NCBI GenBank assembly: GCA_047967505.1
Contig: CM106538.1
Direction: 5' to 3' (one strand)
Source of the DNA: Dipteris shenzhenensis
Lineage: Eukaryota
Length of the DNA: 64,000 bases
Both the position numbers and the translations under genes were made by a program. Shown piece by piece: positions 40,960 to 54,362 of this stretch (the first letter of the stretch is position 1; every line of letters begins with the position of its first letter). Under the pieces are notes generated by a model. It was not told where the DNA came from and did no database searches. It saw only the letters and a program-made list of their open reading frames with translations.

Positions 40960-42638
40960 ATATTGTGTGCGTATTATCCTCAATAGTCCCAAGATGCAAA
41001 GATGGGTGGAGAGATATGAAGAGGCTAAAGCAAAAAGAATAAATGAGAGGACGAGATCTAGATTCATGCATAGGCAAAGCGTGCTTTATCCACCAAACCT
41101 TTCTCTTCTCCCAGACACATCTCACATGATTGGCTACAAGAAGCTCTTTATGAAGCCAAAGATGGAGAGGTGTAACTGATTGAGAGCGGGAGCCTATAGT
41201 CGCGGATGTATGCCATGTGTAAGTTTCTTATCTTTCTACCTAATATGGGTTTTTATGATCACAATCACTACAAAATGTATCCTCATTGTTTTAATCATGT
41301 TCTTTTGTAGTACAAAAAGTACAGTGCATTATGGTCACAAGGATGACATTTTTGTGTGGAACGCATCGATTCAAGGAGAGTCACCTATGATTGTGGAGTC
41401 ATGGCTAACTTTGTACAACATAGCTGAGCAATTGCTTCTAATACCAATCTTCTCTCCTCATAGTTAGATTATTGTCGGACCATACGTGACATCTATGAAG
41501 TTGATTTTAGATGATTTAGTATTTTCATTCTTGATGTCAAATGGTTTAGAACTATCTACCATGGTCCCAATCCTACAGTTAGGAGAGATAGTAGTGGTTT
41601 CTTTGCCATTGACTCTGCTAGACCCTGGACCGATGAAAGTGATACTTTTTTCCTTTTAGAGCATTGTGAACAAGTATATTTTAATGAATTGATTAAAAGA
41701 TAATATCTTCGTTTTCAAACAAATATTGATAGATGTTCATATGTGTGTGTGTGTGTGTGTGTGTGCATGTGTGTGTGTGTGTGTATATTTATATACTTAA
41801 GCATAAATTAATATAATTACTAGCATCTAATTTGCATCTTCAACGTAGATGATCTTTCTTTTGGATCGTTCAGATCCAAGATGGTGGTACATGGTCCAAA
41901 TAGCTCCTCGAAGCAAATGTATTTTTGAAGATAGGAATGTGGATATGGAGATGCGGATAGAAGATCCAAATGATAATGCCGATGGATCTAGGGAAGAGGA
42001 TGAAGATGATGATATGGGCTAGGAAGAAGGTGACTGTAATGTAAAAAGGTGGAGATCATGACTTTGGGGAAAAGGAGGGAGAACTAGAGCATGAACTAGA
42101 GGAGTCTTAGGTAGACATATAATAGGGGATGATTATATAGGTGATCAATTGTATGTAAATCTTGAGATAGACTTATTTGGCATGCAATACTTGGCTCAAG
42201 ACAAAGCCGTTGAAGTAAATGCTATTGATTGATTATCTTGATATTGACAAGACTTCGTATGTTTGGCCCTCTCATTTTTATAGTGACATTTTGTACATTT
42301 GTATGTCAAGTTGACCATCGATATATGAGTGTTTTGATCTCAATTTTGATGTATATACTCTTATATTTTTTAGCTTCCAAATGACCAAATTTGTGATAAA
42401 AAATTATTTTGGGTCCCTTGGAAATGACATTCTGTAAAAATGTCAGTATGGAAATTTTAACCTAGAGTTGGTGGAAGCATTGTTAGTCGTAGGTATGTAC
42501 GTTGGTATAGGCCTTATACAAACGCCTATATCGACATACATATAGACTAACATTTCATCATCTACAACACTTTCCTCGCCTGTCAACCATACCATCGCAA
42601 CATACACAGCTTCAAAAAGAGACCTATGTCTTGTGGTG
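40960..42638 (+). mobile_element. 3' remnant of an older CACTA element: transposase C-terminus (DUF4216-like) to a probable right end
   Basis: Inverted homolog of ~28300-29600 (RSDPRWWY, acidic tail). Ends CCTATGTCTTGTGGTG, resembling the 37520 terminus CCTATGCCTTGTACTG. Confidence 0.75.
41742..41784. repeat. (TG)n microsatellite
   Basis: Direct reading; one CA interruption. Confidence 0.95.
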
Positions 42639-43410
42639 ACCCTCCAAACCTTTCCTAAACACTTGCACCCCTATAAAGGTAAGAACCTCAATCAAACCTT
42701 GTGATCAACACTTCTTTTTCACCCACTCTTATACAAGAACCACTCTCGATGCTTTAACCTGCACTTCTTTTTGGAATACAACCCAAGGACCTATACCTAC
42801 ACTATAAAGTGCATCAACATAACTGTAGTGACTCAACCTTCAAACTTCAAAATGAGACCACATTAATTAAATATGACACTAAATGTGTATACCAATGGTT
42901 CAAAACCTAGAAAAGGAACAACTCTGTCACAATTTATGTCAGAAATGTGTCAGAAAGGGGCTAATATCTCTTGTAATGTGTTCTTGGCATATGTATGTAG
43001 GGACCTCTCTAAGATAACAAAAGAGAAGTCTTAGCTTTTTTAACAAATTGCCTTTTTTGGAAAAAAAACATATTCATCTCAATGTATGGATATGGTGATT
43101 AGGCTACATAAAGACTTGGGACCAAGTACAACATAATGTTGGCATGTGTTCCAATAAGTGCCTATGCTCGAGTACACCTACTTCAATGATGACATCGGTT
43201 TACTCTCTTGGTTTCTTTTAAATTTTATTTCCGTCTTCCATTGGAGTTCATCTCTATAGAGTAGATTTTGCGGCTAGTTTGATATCATAATGTAGAGGAG
43301 ATTTTGCGGCTAGTTTGCCCTGTTTGTGATGATAGAGAGCAATCATCTTCCAATATATCAATAAATTTGTTATGGATTCTCCTATAAATGTGTCTAATTT
43401 ACCTTTTGTA

Positions 43411-45895
43411 TCAAGGTAGTGGATCAACAAAATTCTTGTAAAGGACATCTAGGATGTGTTGGGGTGCATCAGTGTATTCATCCTTATCCATGTTTTAGAA
43501 GAACTGTGTGGCCCTTACCACGCCATCATAGATCACTCGTTTACAAGATTTAGATGTTGGATTATCCATGCTTAGGAACTCAAATATTAGCTTTGTGAGC
43601 AAATGCATTTTTTGATTTGAAATATACTTTAAGGCTGTCTCCTCTGTTTCGCCAGGATGGTCATTCATGTAGCATCCAATTGCACTTGTGTGTTGTCCTA
43701 GTTCCTTCTTCATCTATATCGTCAATTCATCAAGAGCATAGTTAGTTGTACTGAATAAAAACTAAAATGACCAAAAGAGTGTTGGATAGGATGACATTGG
43801 ATACTTATAATCTCAAAATTTGATTAATTGTGACAAAGCTACATAAATTCATCACGAGCGTAGTTAGTTGTACTGAATAAAAACTAAAAGGACCAAAAGA
43901 GTGTTGGATAGGATGATATTGGATACTTCTAATTTCAAAAATTGATTCATTGTGACAAAGGTACATGCTTTATTCAAAATGTATAAGGAATTTTGTTTGA
44001 CATTTACCTTAAATTTTTGGATGTCATTTGTGAGTCGAGATGCCAAGCGCGTCAGCCTGAGAAACCTTGATCGATAGTCTAAATATGACAACATATCGTC
44101 ACTTAAGACTTCCCCACAAAACATTAACGTAGTGATAGCAATGGCTCCATTGCCTATAGAATAAATCCCATTATCAAGGTACTCTTGCAATCCTGGAGTG
44201 TATTTTGATGTTGCCCATTTAGCTTCCGTGACTTTGCTTGCAATCACATCTGCCCACTGTCGTCACAAATATTAGAACATTGGAATGTGATTTCGAAGTG
44301 GAGTCATAAAAAATCTAATTAACTTATTTCTCTCCTTTTAAGAGTTATGGCGAGCACGTAAAAGCTAACAATGTGCTTGAGCTAATTAACAAGCCCAAAT
44401 AATTTGACGGATTTGTTAACTTAGATACTCACTGCTTGCTTGAGGTAAATGCCCATGTCACGTCGTTGCACCTTGGATGCCTCAGCCACCCAATTATGGA
44501 CTGTGTCATTAAGCGTCATGAACACGATCCTTGCCTCTTGTGAGAGACAGCGTACGATGCTTGGATCCCACCTATATACATTACCAGCTGTTGAAGGAAT
44601 AACCTTGATATGCACAAGTTACATGCATCTAGCTGAGTTGTCTATTGATCCATAACTATATTTAAGTATTCACTCAAGAACCTAGAGATGCATACCTCTC
44701 AACTGCTTTCAAGTACGTGTCCAGCTCTTGAGAAGATCTCGAAGGCAAGTCCATCAACTCATCAATAGCAACTGTCAAGATGACTGCCTTGGCAATGGAG
44801 AGCCTTGCCTTCGCAAATTGTGGCTCAAATAAGGCACATGCCGGCAAAAAGTACAATTCCATGGGTCTTTGTCTTAAGGGATTCAAGTCTACCAACCCTG
44901 TTTCTTTGCACCATCTAGGTCAAGAAAATGTCGAATGAGGAAACAAAGTCATTCCAAAATGATTGCAGCTAGCTTTTGTTTAGCTCCTATCTTGTATTTT
45001 ACCTTTTCAATTCTTGAATCTCTTGCTGATGGGCTTTTTGGCAACGAGTAAACTCTGCTTTGGCTAGAGCGAGAAGTTTTTTGTTATTTACGGAAGGTAA
45101 ACTGCATTGTGCAACGTGCTTTATGTCAAAGATAGCAGTAACTAGTATTTAGCATCTGCTACATCCTTACGATTAATTGCATTTGGTTGCTTAGAAAAAA
45201 CTATAATTACCGATAGATTGTCTTTGCAAGCCACACATCATCTGTTCCGTAATGATCAAGGTACAACATAGTGTCTACTCGCGGAAGAGTTCTATTCCAC
45301 GAGTACTTCACAGCATGTACAATCTGGGCACAGATTGTTTGGATTAGTCACTCTTCCTACTCTTGTATTACGATTGCATGCATTCTAAGAACCAATGATT
45401 TCCTCATAGAAGTGAAGGGCATCTGACCTCTCTGGAAAGGTTGTTCTTCAAAGACCATTTGTCATGTGGACCTTCCGACCTGATAGCAGCTTCTAGGTGT
45501 TTTCTTGAATAGTGGTAGGCCTCCTCTAGAATAGTTTCTCTAGGAAACCGAATATTAGACGCTCCAAACACATTAAGCATTTCTGAAAGCCCGTGCAGAC
45601 GGCATTCTCCAAGAAAGCAAAAGAACTTCCCGTCTTGCTTAAAGTATTCGAAGACATCTACACTGGCACCATATAAAGTGAATTTCATTCTGGAAAGAAG
45701 ACATGACCTTGGACAATGTCAAGGCCAAGCGTTTTCCCTATGTAGTATAAATCTGACTTTATAATGACGTCATTCGCAGGGTATCTTACCAGCTGAGACT
45801 TTGTAGCCATACAAGCGAAAAAGGCGGAAAGCCATAGCTGTATCATCAATATCCTGAACAGGGAGCTCCCTAGCCCATCCGATCCCATACGGTTT
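43411..45895 (-). pseudogene. Diterpene synthase (bifunctional CPS/KS-type architecture), 5'-truncated
   Basis: WARELPVQDIDDTAMAFRLFRLYGY (DXDD at 45842-45853), VFEYFKQDGKFFCF, IDELMD, RLTNDIQK; GT-AG introns. Premature stop near 43495; 5' exons missing. Confidence 0.92.
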
Positions 45896-45899
45896 AAGA

Positions 45900-46465
45900 A
45901 ACGAAACAAGTCAACTATCCCAAAGCTCATGTTGCAAAGTGATGTATACGGATATTCAAGCCATTACCCATTCATGAGGATGAGCCTACCATTGGTGATG
46001 CTGATTTCGATGAGCACAATAGCACAAGTAGTAGTGGACTGAATGCATTTGTAGATCTCAACATTGGTTTGGATATTGAAGTAGAGAGTTTGGCAAGGGT
46101 TAATCTCATTGAGGATGAGATTGAACCATGGCCCATGATTGATATTGGCAAGCCGAAACTATTTTAGATATTGTCTCATTCTCCTCACCTCACTTTATTT
46201 TTGTATATGTGGGTTTGCCAATATCAATCAAAACTGTGCTTTGGTAATTATGGGCAATGTTTGGAAAGCAGTGACGCACATTTATCAGCCTACAGCAAAA
46301 AAAATTTCTGTGTACTCTACTGTGCATTTATAAACATGTCTAAAAGACAGTGTAGACGTGCTAATAGACGTGCCCATATTTTCACTAATTCTATTTGCAT
46401 CTACAGGCGCGACCGCTATTTTGTGCGTCTATCAAGCATGTCTATAGTTGCTTTGTCTTGTTGTG
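45900..46465 (+). mobile_element. Short CACTA-like 3' remnant abutting the truncated TPS
   Basis: Acidic-tail-like coding debris, TAGAC/GTCTA subterminal motifs and terminal TCTTGTTGTG. Confidence 0.4.
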
Positions 46466-46679
46466 TCATGAGCAAATGGTTCGTGAAAACGTAGCAAAAG
46501 CACAAGTACACGAGCATAATCCTTCCCGAACACACACAACATGAAGCAACATCTTCTAGAGAACCGCACATCACTCTATCCACCGTACACCAAGCTGGAT
46601 GTCGAAGGCATTTAGGATGGAACACCAAACATCACTGCTCCGAAATGGTGCGACTCACAAACATTCTATCCTATCTATG

Positions 46680-46975
46680 CGAACCCTAAAATGACATAAC
46701 ATTCTACCCTAACTTGCGGTTCTACTAACCCTAGAATAATCTAACCACCCTAACCCACAATCCTGCTAACCTTAAAATAACCTCACCACCCTAACATGCA
46801 GTCTTGCTAACCCAAAAATAACCCAACCTTCAACCTAACCCGTGGTCTTGCTAACCCAAAAATAACCACCTTCAACCCTACCCCGTGATCCTGCTAACCG
46901 GTCAAACATGACCAACTACACACACAAAGCCGAATCCCTAACCCAACGTCTAAAGTCCAACACACCCCTAAGACC
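46680..46975. repeat. Degenerate CTAACCC-rich ~45-bp tandem repeat
   Basis: TGCTAACC..AAAATAACC recurs about 5 times. Confidence 0.65.
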
Positions 46976-48149
46976 CAAAAATTAGAAATGTGTTGAATAT
47001 ACGGAAGGTAGAAATTAGAATGTGTTGACTGTACGGAAGGACGGCCGAGCCATTGATTAGGGCAAAAAACAATGGGAGTCATCGACAAAACCTTTCTTTT
47101 GTGAAATGAAAGGCTCAGGGCAAAAGGAGAAACCTCAGCTCCCAGATGCACAATATGGTTACCGGTACGTCGGAGATGCTAGTGAGTTTCTCCACTCGTT
47201 TTTTTTGCTTGCCTGTTGCTTTTTGCTTTGTCGGGTGGATGAGTGGCTGGAAGAGTAGCGAGGATGAGTGGATCGGGAGATGGGCGTTGGCGGTGGTGTA
47301 TTCGGGTGGATGCATGGCATTTTGGATCCCCGCGCAGCTACCCCCAGACAAATGAAACTACCCCCAATAGCATCCGCGCTACTCATGAAACTACCCCCCA
47401 GGAAATGAAACTACTCCCCCAATAGCTGCATCCCCGCACTATTCGGGCGGATGAGTCGGGTGGATGCTTGCCTGTGCTTTTTGCTTTGTCGCTACCCCCG
47501 ATAGCATCCTGTAGACTCATAATAATACTGCCTTGTTGCTCAACTCCGGAGACATTCCACTCGCCTTAATCCGCTCGCTTCCATGGGACCCTGCACTCGC
47601 CTTCCCCTCGCTTCCATGGTACCCGTCACCCCATGCACTGCCAGCACCCTCATCTCCCATGCTCCCCTCCTCCACCCACCGCTCCACAGATTTGTTTCCT
47701 TTGGATCAGCTCGCAGCCCTCCCTTCCAGCCCCATCAATCTTCCTCCCATATCAGCTGCTGCTCAGAGGTCGACGGCCGCCTCATCAGCACCCCTTCACA
47801 TGGACACGGTAAAACCTATTATCACGCTCATGGTGTTGCAACATGAGAGATCCTGCTGTCGTTTACCAATCGTAGGTTCGCAAATGCTCACCCTGGATGC
47901 AGACTTTTCCTTCAATCTTATCGCATGCAGCTCCTGATCAAGATTTCGATCTGCAAGTGTTCAACACAATATCTATCTTGTGATTTGTGTGCTTTTTTGT
48001 TAGACCCTTGAAATCCTTACCAGTTGCAGCTTCATCGGCGTAATACATTCCTTACATAGCCAACAACATGTAACGATCTGTCTCTCTGTTTCGTACGCTG
48101 AAAGTCGCCCATGTTACGTATTCATCCTTTAAACGTGTAATCAAATGTC

Positions 48150-49736
48150 TGCCGTAGAGATGTGGTGAAGAACAAATTCAGGAACTAATTGGCGATATCC
48201 GAAGAAAATTGACGACGATGGATGACGGTAAGACATCAACCTCGGCATATGATACCGCATGGGTCGCGCGGGTACCAGTTTTACATGGCCTGGGAGGTCC
48301 TCAATTCCAGAAAACCACCATGAACCATCTTCGAGTTGTTTTTTTATGATCCACTCGATAGTTTTCTGGAATTGAGGACCTCCCAGGCCATCTCGCTTAC
48401 TTTTTAGCATAGGATCGGATGCTCAATACTCTCGCTTGCGTTATTGCCTTGAAGACTTGGTGTACTAGCAATGTCAGCATTGCAAGAGGTGAGATATAAG
48501 CGCTTGACCGGTACCGTAAGCCATTGTCGTTACATGGCCTAATTAGCATGAATTGTCATCGTCGTGCCAGGCGTGGAGTTCCTAAGAACCAACACACAAG
48601 CTGGAAGGCGAGGCCAGTGCACACACGGTTTCGAAATTGTATTCACTTCCTTACTCCAGGAGGCAAGGAGACTTTCCTTACAAGTCACCCTTCATTGAGA
48701 AGATCGAGAAAGATAAGGAGGAAAAGCTCAAAAGGTTTGGCCCTCGGCAATCTATGCGTCTCCGTTTCCGAAATTAGTCTCAAGATACTGGAGCTTGGAA
48801 CCGCAACCGTGTAGGTTTCTTAATGCAACAATGCGATTAAAAGAAGCTTGTTTTCGTTTACAGAATCCCTGTAGACGTGCTGCAGGTCTAGAAAGTTTGG
48901 TGGATTGGGAGAGGATAATGCAGCTCCAGTCAAAAGATGGTTCGTTTGTGAGCTCTCTTGCAGCAACAGCCTGCGTCTTTATGCACACAGGAGATTCCAA
49001 GTGCTTGGAGTTCTTGAATTCAACGCTCGCAAGCTTCAATAATAAAGCAGGTATAGAGCTTGTGATCAATATATATTGACTGCTGATTTGTTGAGCATAC
49101 GGACGAAATCATGGAAAAGTTGTTCGTTGACTCTTTGAATGATGTAGTACCACATAATTATCCGATAGATTTATTTGAGCGCTTGTGGCTGGTGGATACA
49201 ATTTAAAGACTAGGCGTAGCTCACTTTTTTGAAAATGAAATCAGGGTATGTATACAGGCACTCTAAGTTCCACAGAATTCTCTCTGACGAAGGAAGATAG
49301 AAGCTTTACCTTAAATGTTTCGTCAACATTCTTGTTGTCTTGCATTAAACAGATAATGTGACTAGCTCTGATAAACATTGTGCACAACCATTGGAAACCG
49401 TATGGGATTGGATGGGCTAGGGAGCTCCCTATTTAGGATATTGATAATACAGCTATGGCTTTCAGCCTTTTTCGCTTGTATGGCTACAAAGTCTCAACTG
49501 GTAAGCTACCCTGCGAACGCTGCCATTGCAAAGTCGGATCTATACTGCATAGGAAACACGCTTGGCTTTGACTTTGTCCAAGGTCATGTCTTCTTTTCAA
49601 AATGAAATTCACTTTATATGGTGCCAGTATAGACGTCTTTGAATACTTTAAGCAAGATGGTAAATTCTTTTGCTTTCTTGGAGAACGCCATCACGGGCTT
49701 TCGGAAATGCTTAATTTGTTTCAAGCTTCTAATATT
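48150..49736 (+). pseudogene. 5' half of a diterpene synthase (gamma/beta domains), interrupted by the Sola-like element
   Basis: SAYDTAWVARVP, (inverted) QLEDGSW, DRMLNTLACVIALKTW, LQSKDGSF, YPIDLFERLWLVD and DIDN(T)AMAF, ending FQASNI at the TIR. Contains stops. The 5' limit is approximate. Confidence 0.92.
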
Positions 49737-50369
49737 AACACACCATTCAAAATTTTTGGACTTTCTCTCCCGGTTTGGGCTTTTTTTTTGAGCATATCTT
49801 CTCCACTCAACTTCACTTAGTGAGCTCAAAAATTGGGTTTTTTAGAGCACTAAATGTGTCACTTATATACAAATATGGCTTAAGCTAAAAAGTCAAGTGG
49901 TGACCTCTAATTTTTAAAAAAATGGCTCAATGAAGCTATAATTCCCAAACTTGTGCATGGTGCCCCCATCCAATAACTATAATAATAATAATAGTAGTCT
50001 TCTAACTCTAGTTCAATTTTAACACTATGAAGTGAAAATATGACACCATATGAAAAGAGTTTGTTGAATTCAACATATAAGTGGCGTATAGATACACCAT
50101 TTTTTTGAAAAAAAAGAGATTGTTGAATTCAATATATAAGTGGTGTATAAATACACCCTTTTTTTGAAAAACAAACCATACAATAAATTATCTTATTGGT
50201 GGTGTATAGATACACCATTTGTATAGGCAAAAGCATACAAAACATTATCTTATGCATCTGAATCTCGTTCAGAGTCATCAGATTCATGTAATGTATATGC
50301 GCTTGATGGGTCAAGTCTTGCCAAATGATGTTTAATATGGACATGACTTGGATCAGGGATTGTGATACA

Positions 50370-53300
50370 TTTTTTAACATTGTATCCACGCTTCTTTTTA
50401 AAACTTCATGTCCTCAATTTCTAGCAATGAATAATGCTACTAACTTCCACCTCTGTTAATCCCTCATCATTTGGAACCCATTCACGTTTCTTTTGCAAGC
50501 ATCTCTCATAGAGTTGTTTTATTGTATATCTTCTCGGGCGATTTTTCAATGGCTTTGGTTCATACCATAAAGCTGTAAATATTATAGGAGTTTCCTTGTC
50601 ATCCCTTTCTATCTTAGCAACCTTTGAAACCCAAATTGGGCCACCTTGGTCATCCAACTCTGAACCTAGATCAGATGCCCAAACTGCAACAAATAGACCC
50701 TCTTCAATCTCATTAGATAGTATAAACTCTAGTAAGGTTTGTCTCCCTTCCTACCACAATATTTTCGAGGTAAAAGGCATTCCTCTGCTTCCTCCATATC
50801 TACTAACATATTTATATCCAAAGGAAAACTTGGTGACCTAGCTTGTTCCAGTCAAAAGGATTCATAGTATTCAATACTCATTAAGTTTTCTTGTCTTTCT
50901 AAATATTGGATAAGTGCTTCAGTTGATTTAATTGTCTCCAAAATCTTAATTGATTGCTAAGGATATTTTTGCATCATGCTTTGAAGATGTTTAATGAAGG
51001 CTTTCAAGCCTTTCATTTCATCTATGTCAAGTGATTTGTTTTTTGCAAGAACAAATCTAGTTTCCTCCAATGGAATTATTCATTGTAATAAAGCATATGA
51101 CTCACTCCATAAATGATCTGATCCATCTACTGAGTAGTGCTTCCATTGCATCACTGGAATATTATCATGCATGTGAAACTGAAAGTAGTGTGGATTTGTG
51201 TGTCCTATTAGGGCATCATCTCCTTTTTGTAAATGTGGCTCTATGAATGCTCTCCAATCTACCATCCTCTCTAAGATAGCCACTTCTGATTCTTCCTTGC
51301 GAGAACCTCCAATTTTTTTCCCAATTCGAAATAGCATATCCTCCATTGTCAAAACATCCATTGCCTTCAACTCACCAAAGATAACACTGAAAATTTGATC
51401 TATGTCTTCATGTGTATGGCCGACAAGAAGAAAGCTAACTTCCACTTCTTCAAATATTTTCAAACCAATAGAGCATAAAGCAAATATATATTTATTCTTG
51501 TTCTCTCTCCAACAATTATCAGCTTGTATTCGCAATGTGTTAGGTAAACATCCATGAGCATCTCTGACCTTTCTTATTGCTTTCATGATTGATGTAACAA
51601 CCTGGTTACTATCATGGTCATGCAAACTATTAATCCATACATCACAAAAGATTCGGTATCCATGTACTAATACTCCACACAAGTGTGTTTTTAGTCCACG
51701 TTTGCCCTCCAATGCTGGTGGGATACATCTATATCATGGCAAAGTGGTTGTATTCTGGTCCATGCCATCAATGGTGATGCACATGGACTTATCGACATGT
51801 GAAATAGCTTCCTCTCTCCAAGAAGCATATAACTTTCGAGCATCCTCCACATGACGTAAATGGATTGATCGCCATTTAATATATCTTCCTTGTTGCTGCT
51901 CACATTTACTATGTTCAATGGCATTTTTTGATTCATCACATGTCTTACATTTTGACATCCTTTGCTTTGATGGTGTCTTGACCTGGCAAAAATCTCTACG
52001 CCAAATTTTGTACAAGGTTGATCATGAAATCATGCTCTCGTCTCTGTCTTGTAAAGTTTTATTGACAGTTTCTAGGACGACCTTCTTTGTCATTCCCAAA
52101 GGAAGATGTTGTTGGCATTCGACACGTCCATCTAGCATTGTTTGTTGAAGATGAGGCTGTGGTAATGCATGGTCTTCGAGAACTTGCTTTAATGTTGCGG
52201 TTGAATTTATAGTGCTTCCATGGCATTTAAGCTTGTAGGTATTTCCATGAATTGTATGAACCACTTTTTCTTTCACCTCTACCTAGATGGTTTAGTATGT
52301 GCCATGTGATAGTCCAGTTAACCATTGATATCCTCGATTGCAAATGGGTCTCCCATTAACGATGGGTTTCAATCTAGGTTTACAGTGTTTTGTGCTCAAG
52401 TCTTGATTAGTGCCTTGATAAAGAAAGCATGAAAACTCTTGAAGAAGATAGTTATGTCTATTAGGCACTGTCTTACTCTAAATACCAAGGCATATGGCTG
52501 CACAATCATCTTTCCCCACTTTTTTGATGCAAAGTCTCTTGCAACAAACTCGCATAAGCATCCTTTCCATATTCTCCTCGAATAGCATTACATGTCTCTT
52601 TGGTTCTGGAAGTGATGCCATGATTCTTCGCCTCTTCACACTCACATACTTTCTTTTTGTAAATAGTGTCTTGTGTTTTCTAGTTGTAAGACCATCAAAC
52701 CTCGAATCCATTTCCCTTGAATCTTCATCTTTATAATCAAATGCTGTGTGGGCTTGAGAATTATTTGATACCTTATAATATCTTGGAAATGGCAATCTGG
52801 TAGACATGTTCATTGATGTCAATTTGTTGCCAATGCCTCTTGAATTTTGTGGTTGAACTATTTCTCCTTCGTAACTCAAGATTCTCCCATCTATATTCTC
52901 TAGCATGCTAGCAACAATATTATGAACAACATGATAAGTCTCAGATTCTCTGCCCCTTTTGCCTTGTGTTCGAGTGGTAACATCATGATCATTGTCACTA
53001 ATATCATCAATTCCTGCTATTGCATCACTTATCCCATCAATCTTTGCATGTATTTTTCTTTGTGGTCCCATCTTATTATTCTCAACACAAGACAAGTCTT
53101 CTATATTAGTAAGCATGTTTGAGTCACTTGCAACACAAGACAAGTCTTCTATACCAGTGAGCCTGTTCGAGTCACTTGCAACACAGGTCTTCTATACCAG
53201 TGAGCCTGTTCGAGTCACTTGCAACACATGACAAGTCTTCTATACCAGTGAGCTTGTTCGAGTCACTTGTAACACAAGACAAGTCTTCTATACCAGTGAG

Positions 53301-54050
53301 TATATTTGAGTCACTTGCAACATAAGAAAACTCTTCTACATCAACATCTATTACTATAATGTCCTCAATACCTGTGAGCATGCCACTATGATACTCTTGA
53401 TTACTACTATAGCTTCTTATCAATTTGGATCCCATTTGTGTTATAGTCCTTTTCTTCTTATAATATTTTATTGTGTCTTCCATGACATTGAAGGAAACTA
53501 TCTTGGGCAAACTTGATTTCAAGAGAGCTAACCCCCATTTATAAGTACTATGAACTTGTAGTTGAGACGTAGTATTATGGACGTCTAAATGTGAAGTACT
53601 ATCCATTGCATTTTGAATGATACCTGCACTAGTCAACTTAATTATCTCCACTATATAGAGAAACCTCTGAGCATAGCCCTTAAAGTTGCCAATTGCTAAA
53701 ACTTCTCCGAAGCAAGATAACATCTCTACTTTTTACCCCTCAAAATAAGTTTTCTTGATATCTTGAAAGTATGTCTTTGTAACAATTTCGTCTTGGTCCC
53801 AGAGTGTTCTGTGTGCTTGCATATCAAATATGTCACATTGTAAGATATCTCCCAATGTTTCAAAGTCTCCATGTTGATATTTTAAATGTACTTCAGGATT
53901 TACAACGTTGGTGATTATCACTACACATCTTCTCTCACCACAACATTGGAAATGACACACATTCATAGGATCAAGACTATGAATTCATCCAAAAGCCACC
54001 TCTTCATTCTTCTTATATAACACCACATCCATACCCTCTGTTAGGGTGAA
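50370..54050 (-). pseudogene. Sola-like DDE transposase (DGMDQ / DNCxxENKN / GHTHEDIDQ family), frameshifted
   Basis: CCKRLC, SKCKTCDE, ITIDGMDQ, LCGVLVHG, IQADNCWRENKNK and FLLVGHTHEDIDQIFS in consecutive minus-strand ORFs. The Sola assignment rests on recalled motif family plus the 4-bp TSD. Confidence 0.85.
53065..53340 (-). repeat. 45-bp coding minisatellite (LSCVASDSNxLTGIED, about 6 copies) in the transposase N-terminus
   Basis: GAGTCACTTGCAACAC..GACAAGTCTTCTATACCAGTGAG repeats; one short unit causes a frameshift. Confidence 0.9.
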
Positions 54051-54239
54051 TACCTATTTTATGTACAAAAATAGATTAGCAACTCAAAATGAACATAATG
54101 AATAATCATTGAGCTTATTATTACTTAGTAACTTCTATATCAAAACTAGTAGAGAAGGCATTAAAAAACCCTACATCCAAAACTTTAAACAATTAATACC
54201 AAAACATCTTAACCACCGTAAATCGTAAACTTTAAACAT

Positions 54240-54362
54240 TTAATTCCTAAACCCTAAATCCTAAACTCCTAAATAATAAATCCTAAAACTTAAACCCTAA
54301 ACTCTAAATCCTAAACCCTAAATCCTAAATCTTAAATCCTAAACCCTAAACCCTAACCCTAA
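54240..54362 (-). repeat. Degenerate plant telomere-type repeat, (CCCTAAA)n on the + strand
   Basis: CCCTAAA/TCCTAAA units read directly. Confidence 0.85.

Noticed and set aside
47100-47940. GC-richer ORFs as a TPS first exon or transit peptide
   Set aside because: The position is plausible, but I cannot support it with any motif or splice chain; part of it is short AACTACCCCC repeats.
48141-48410. Minus-strand ORF with QLEDGSW as a separate TPS gene
   Set aside because: Explained by the local inversion within the plus-strand exon.
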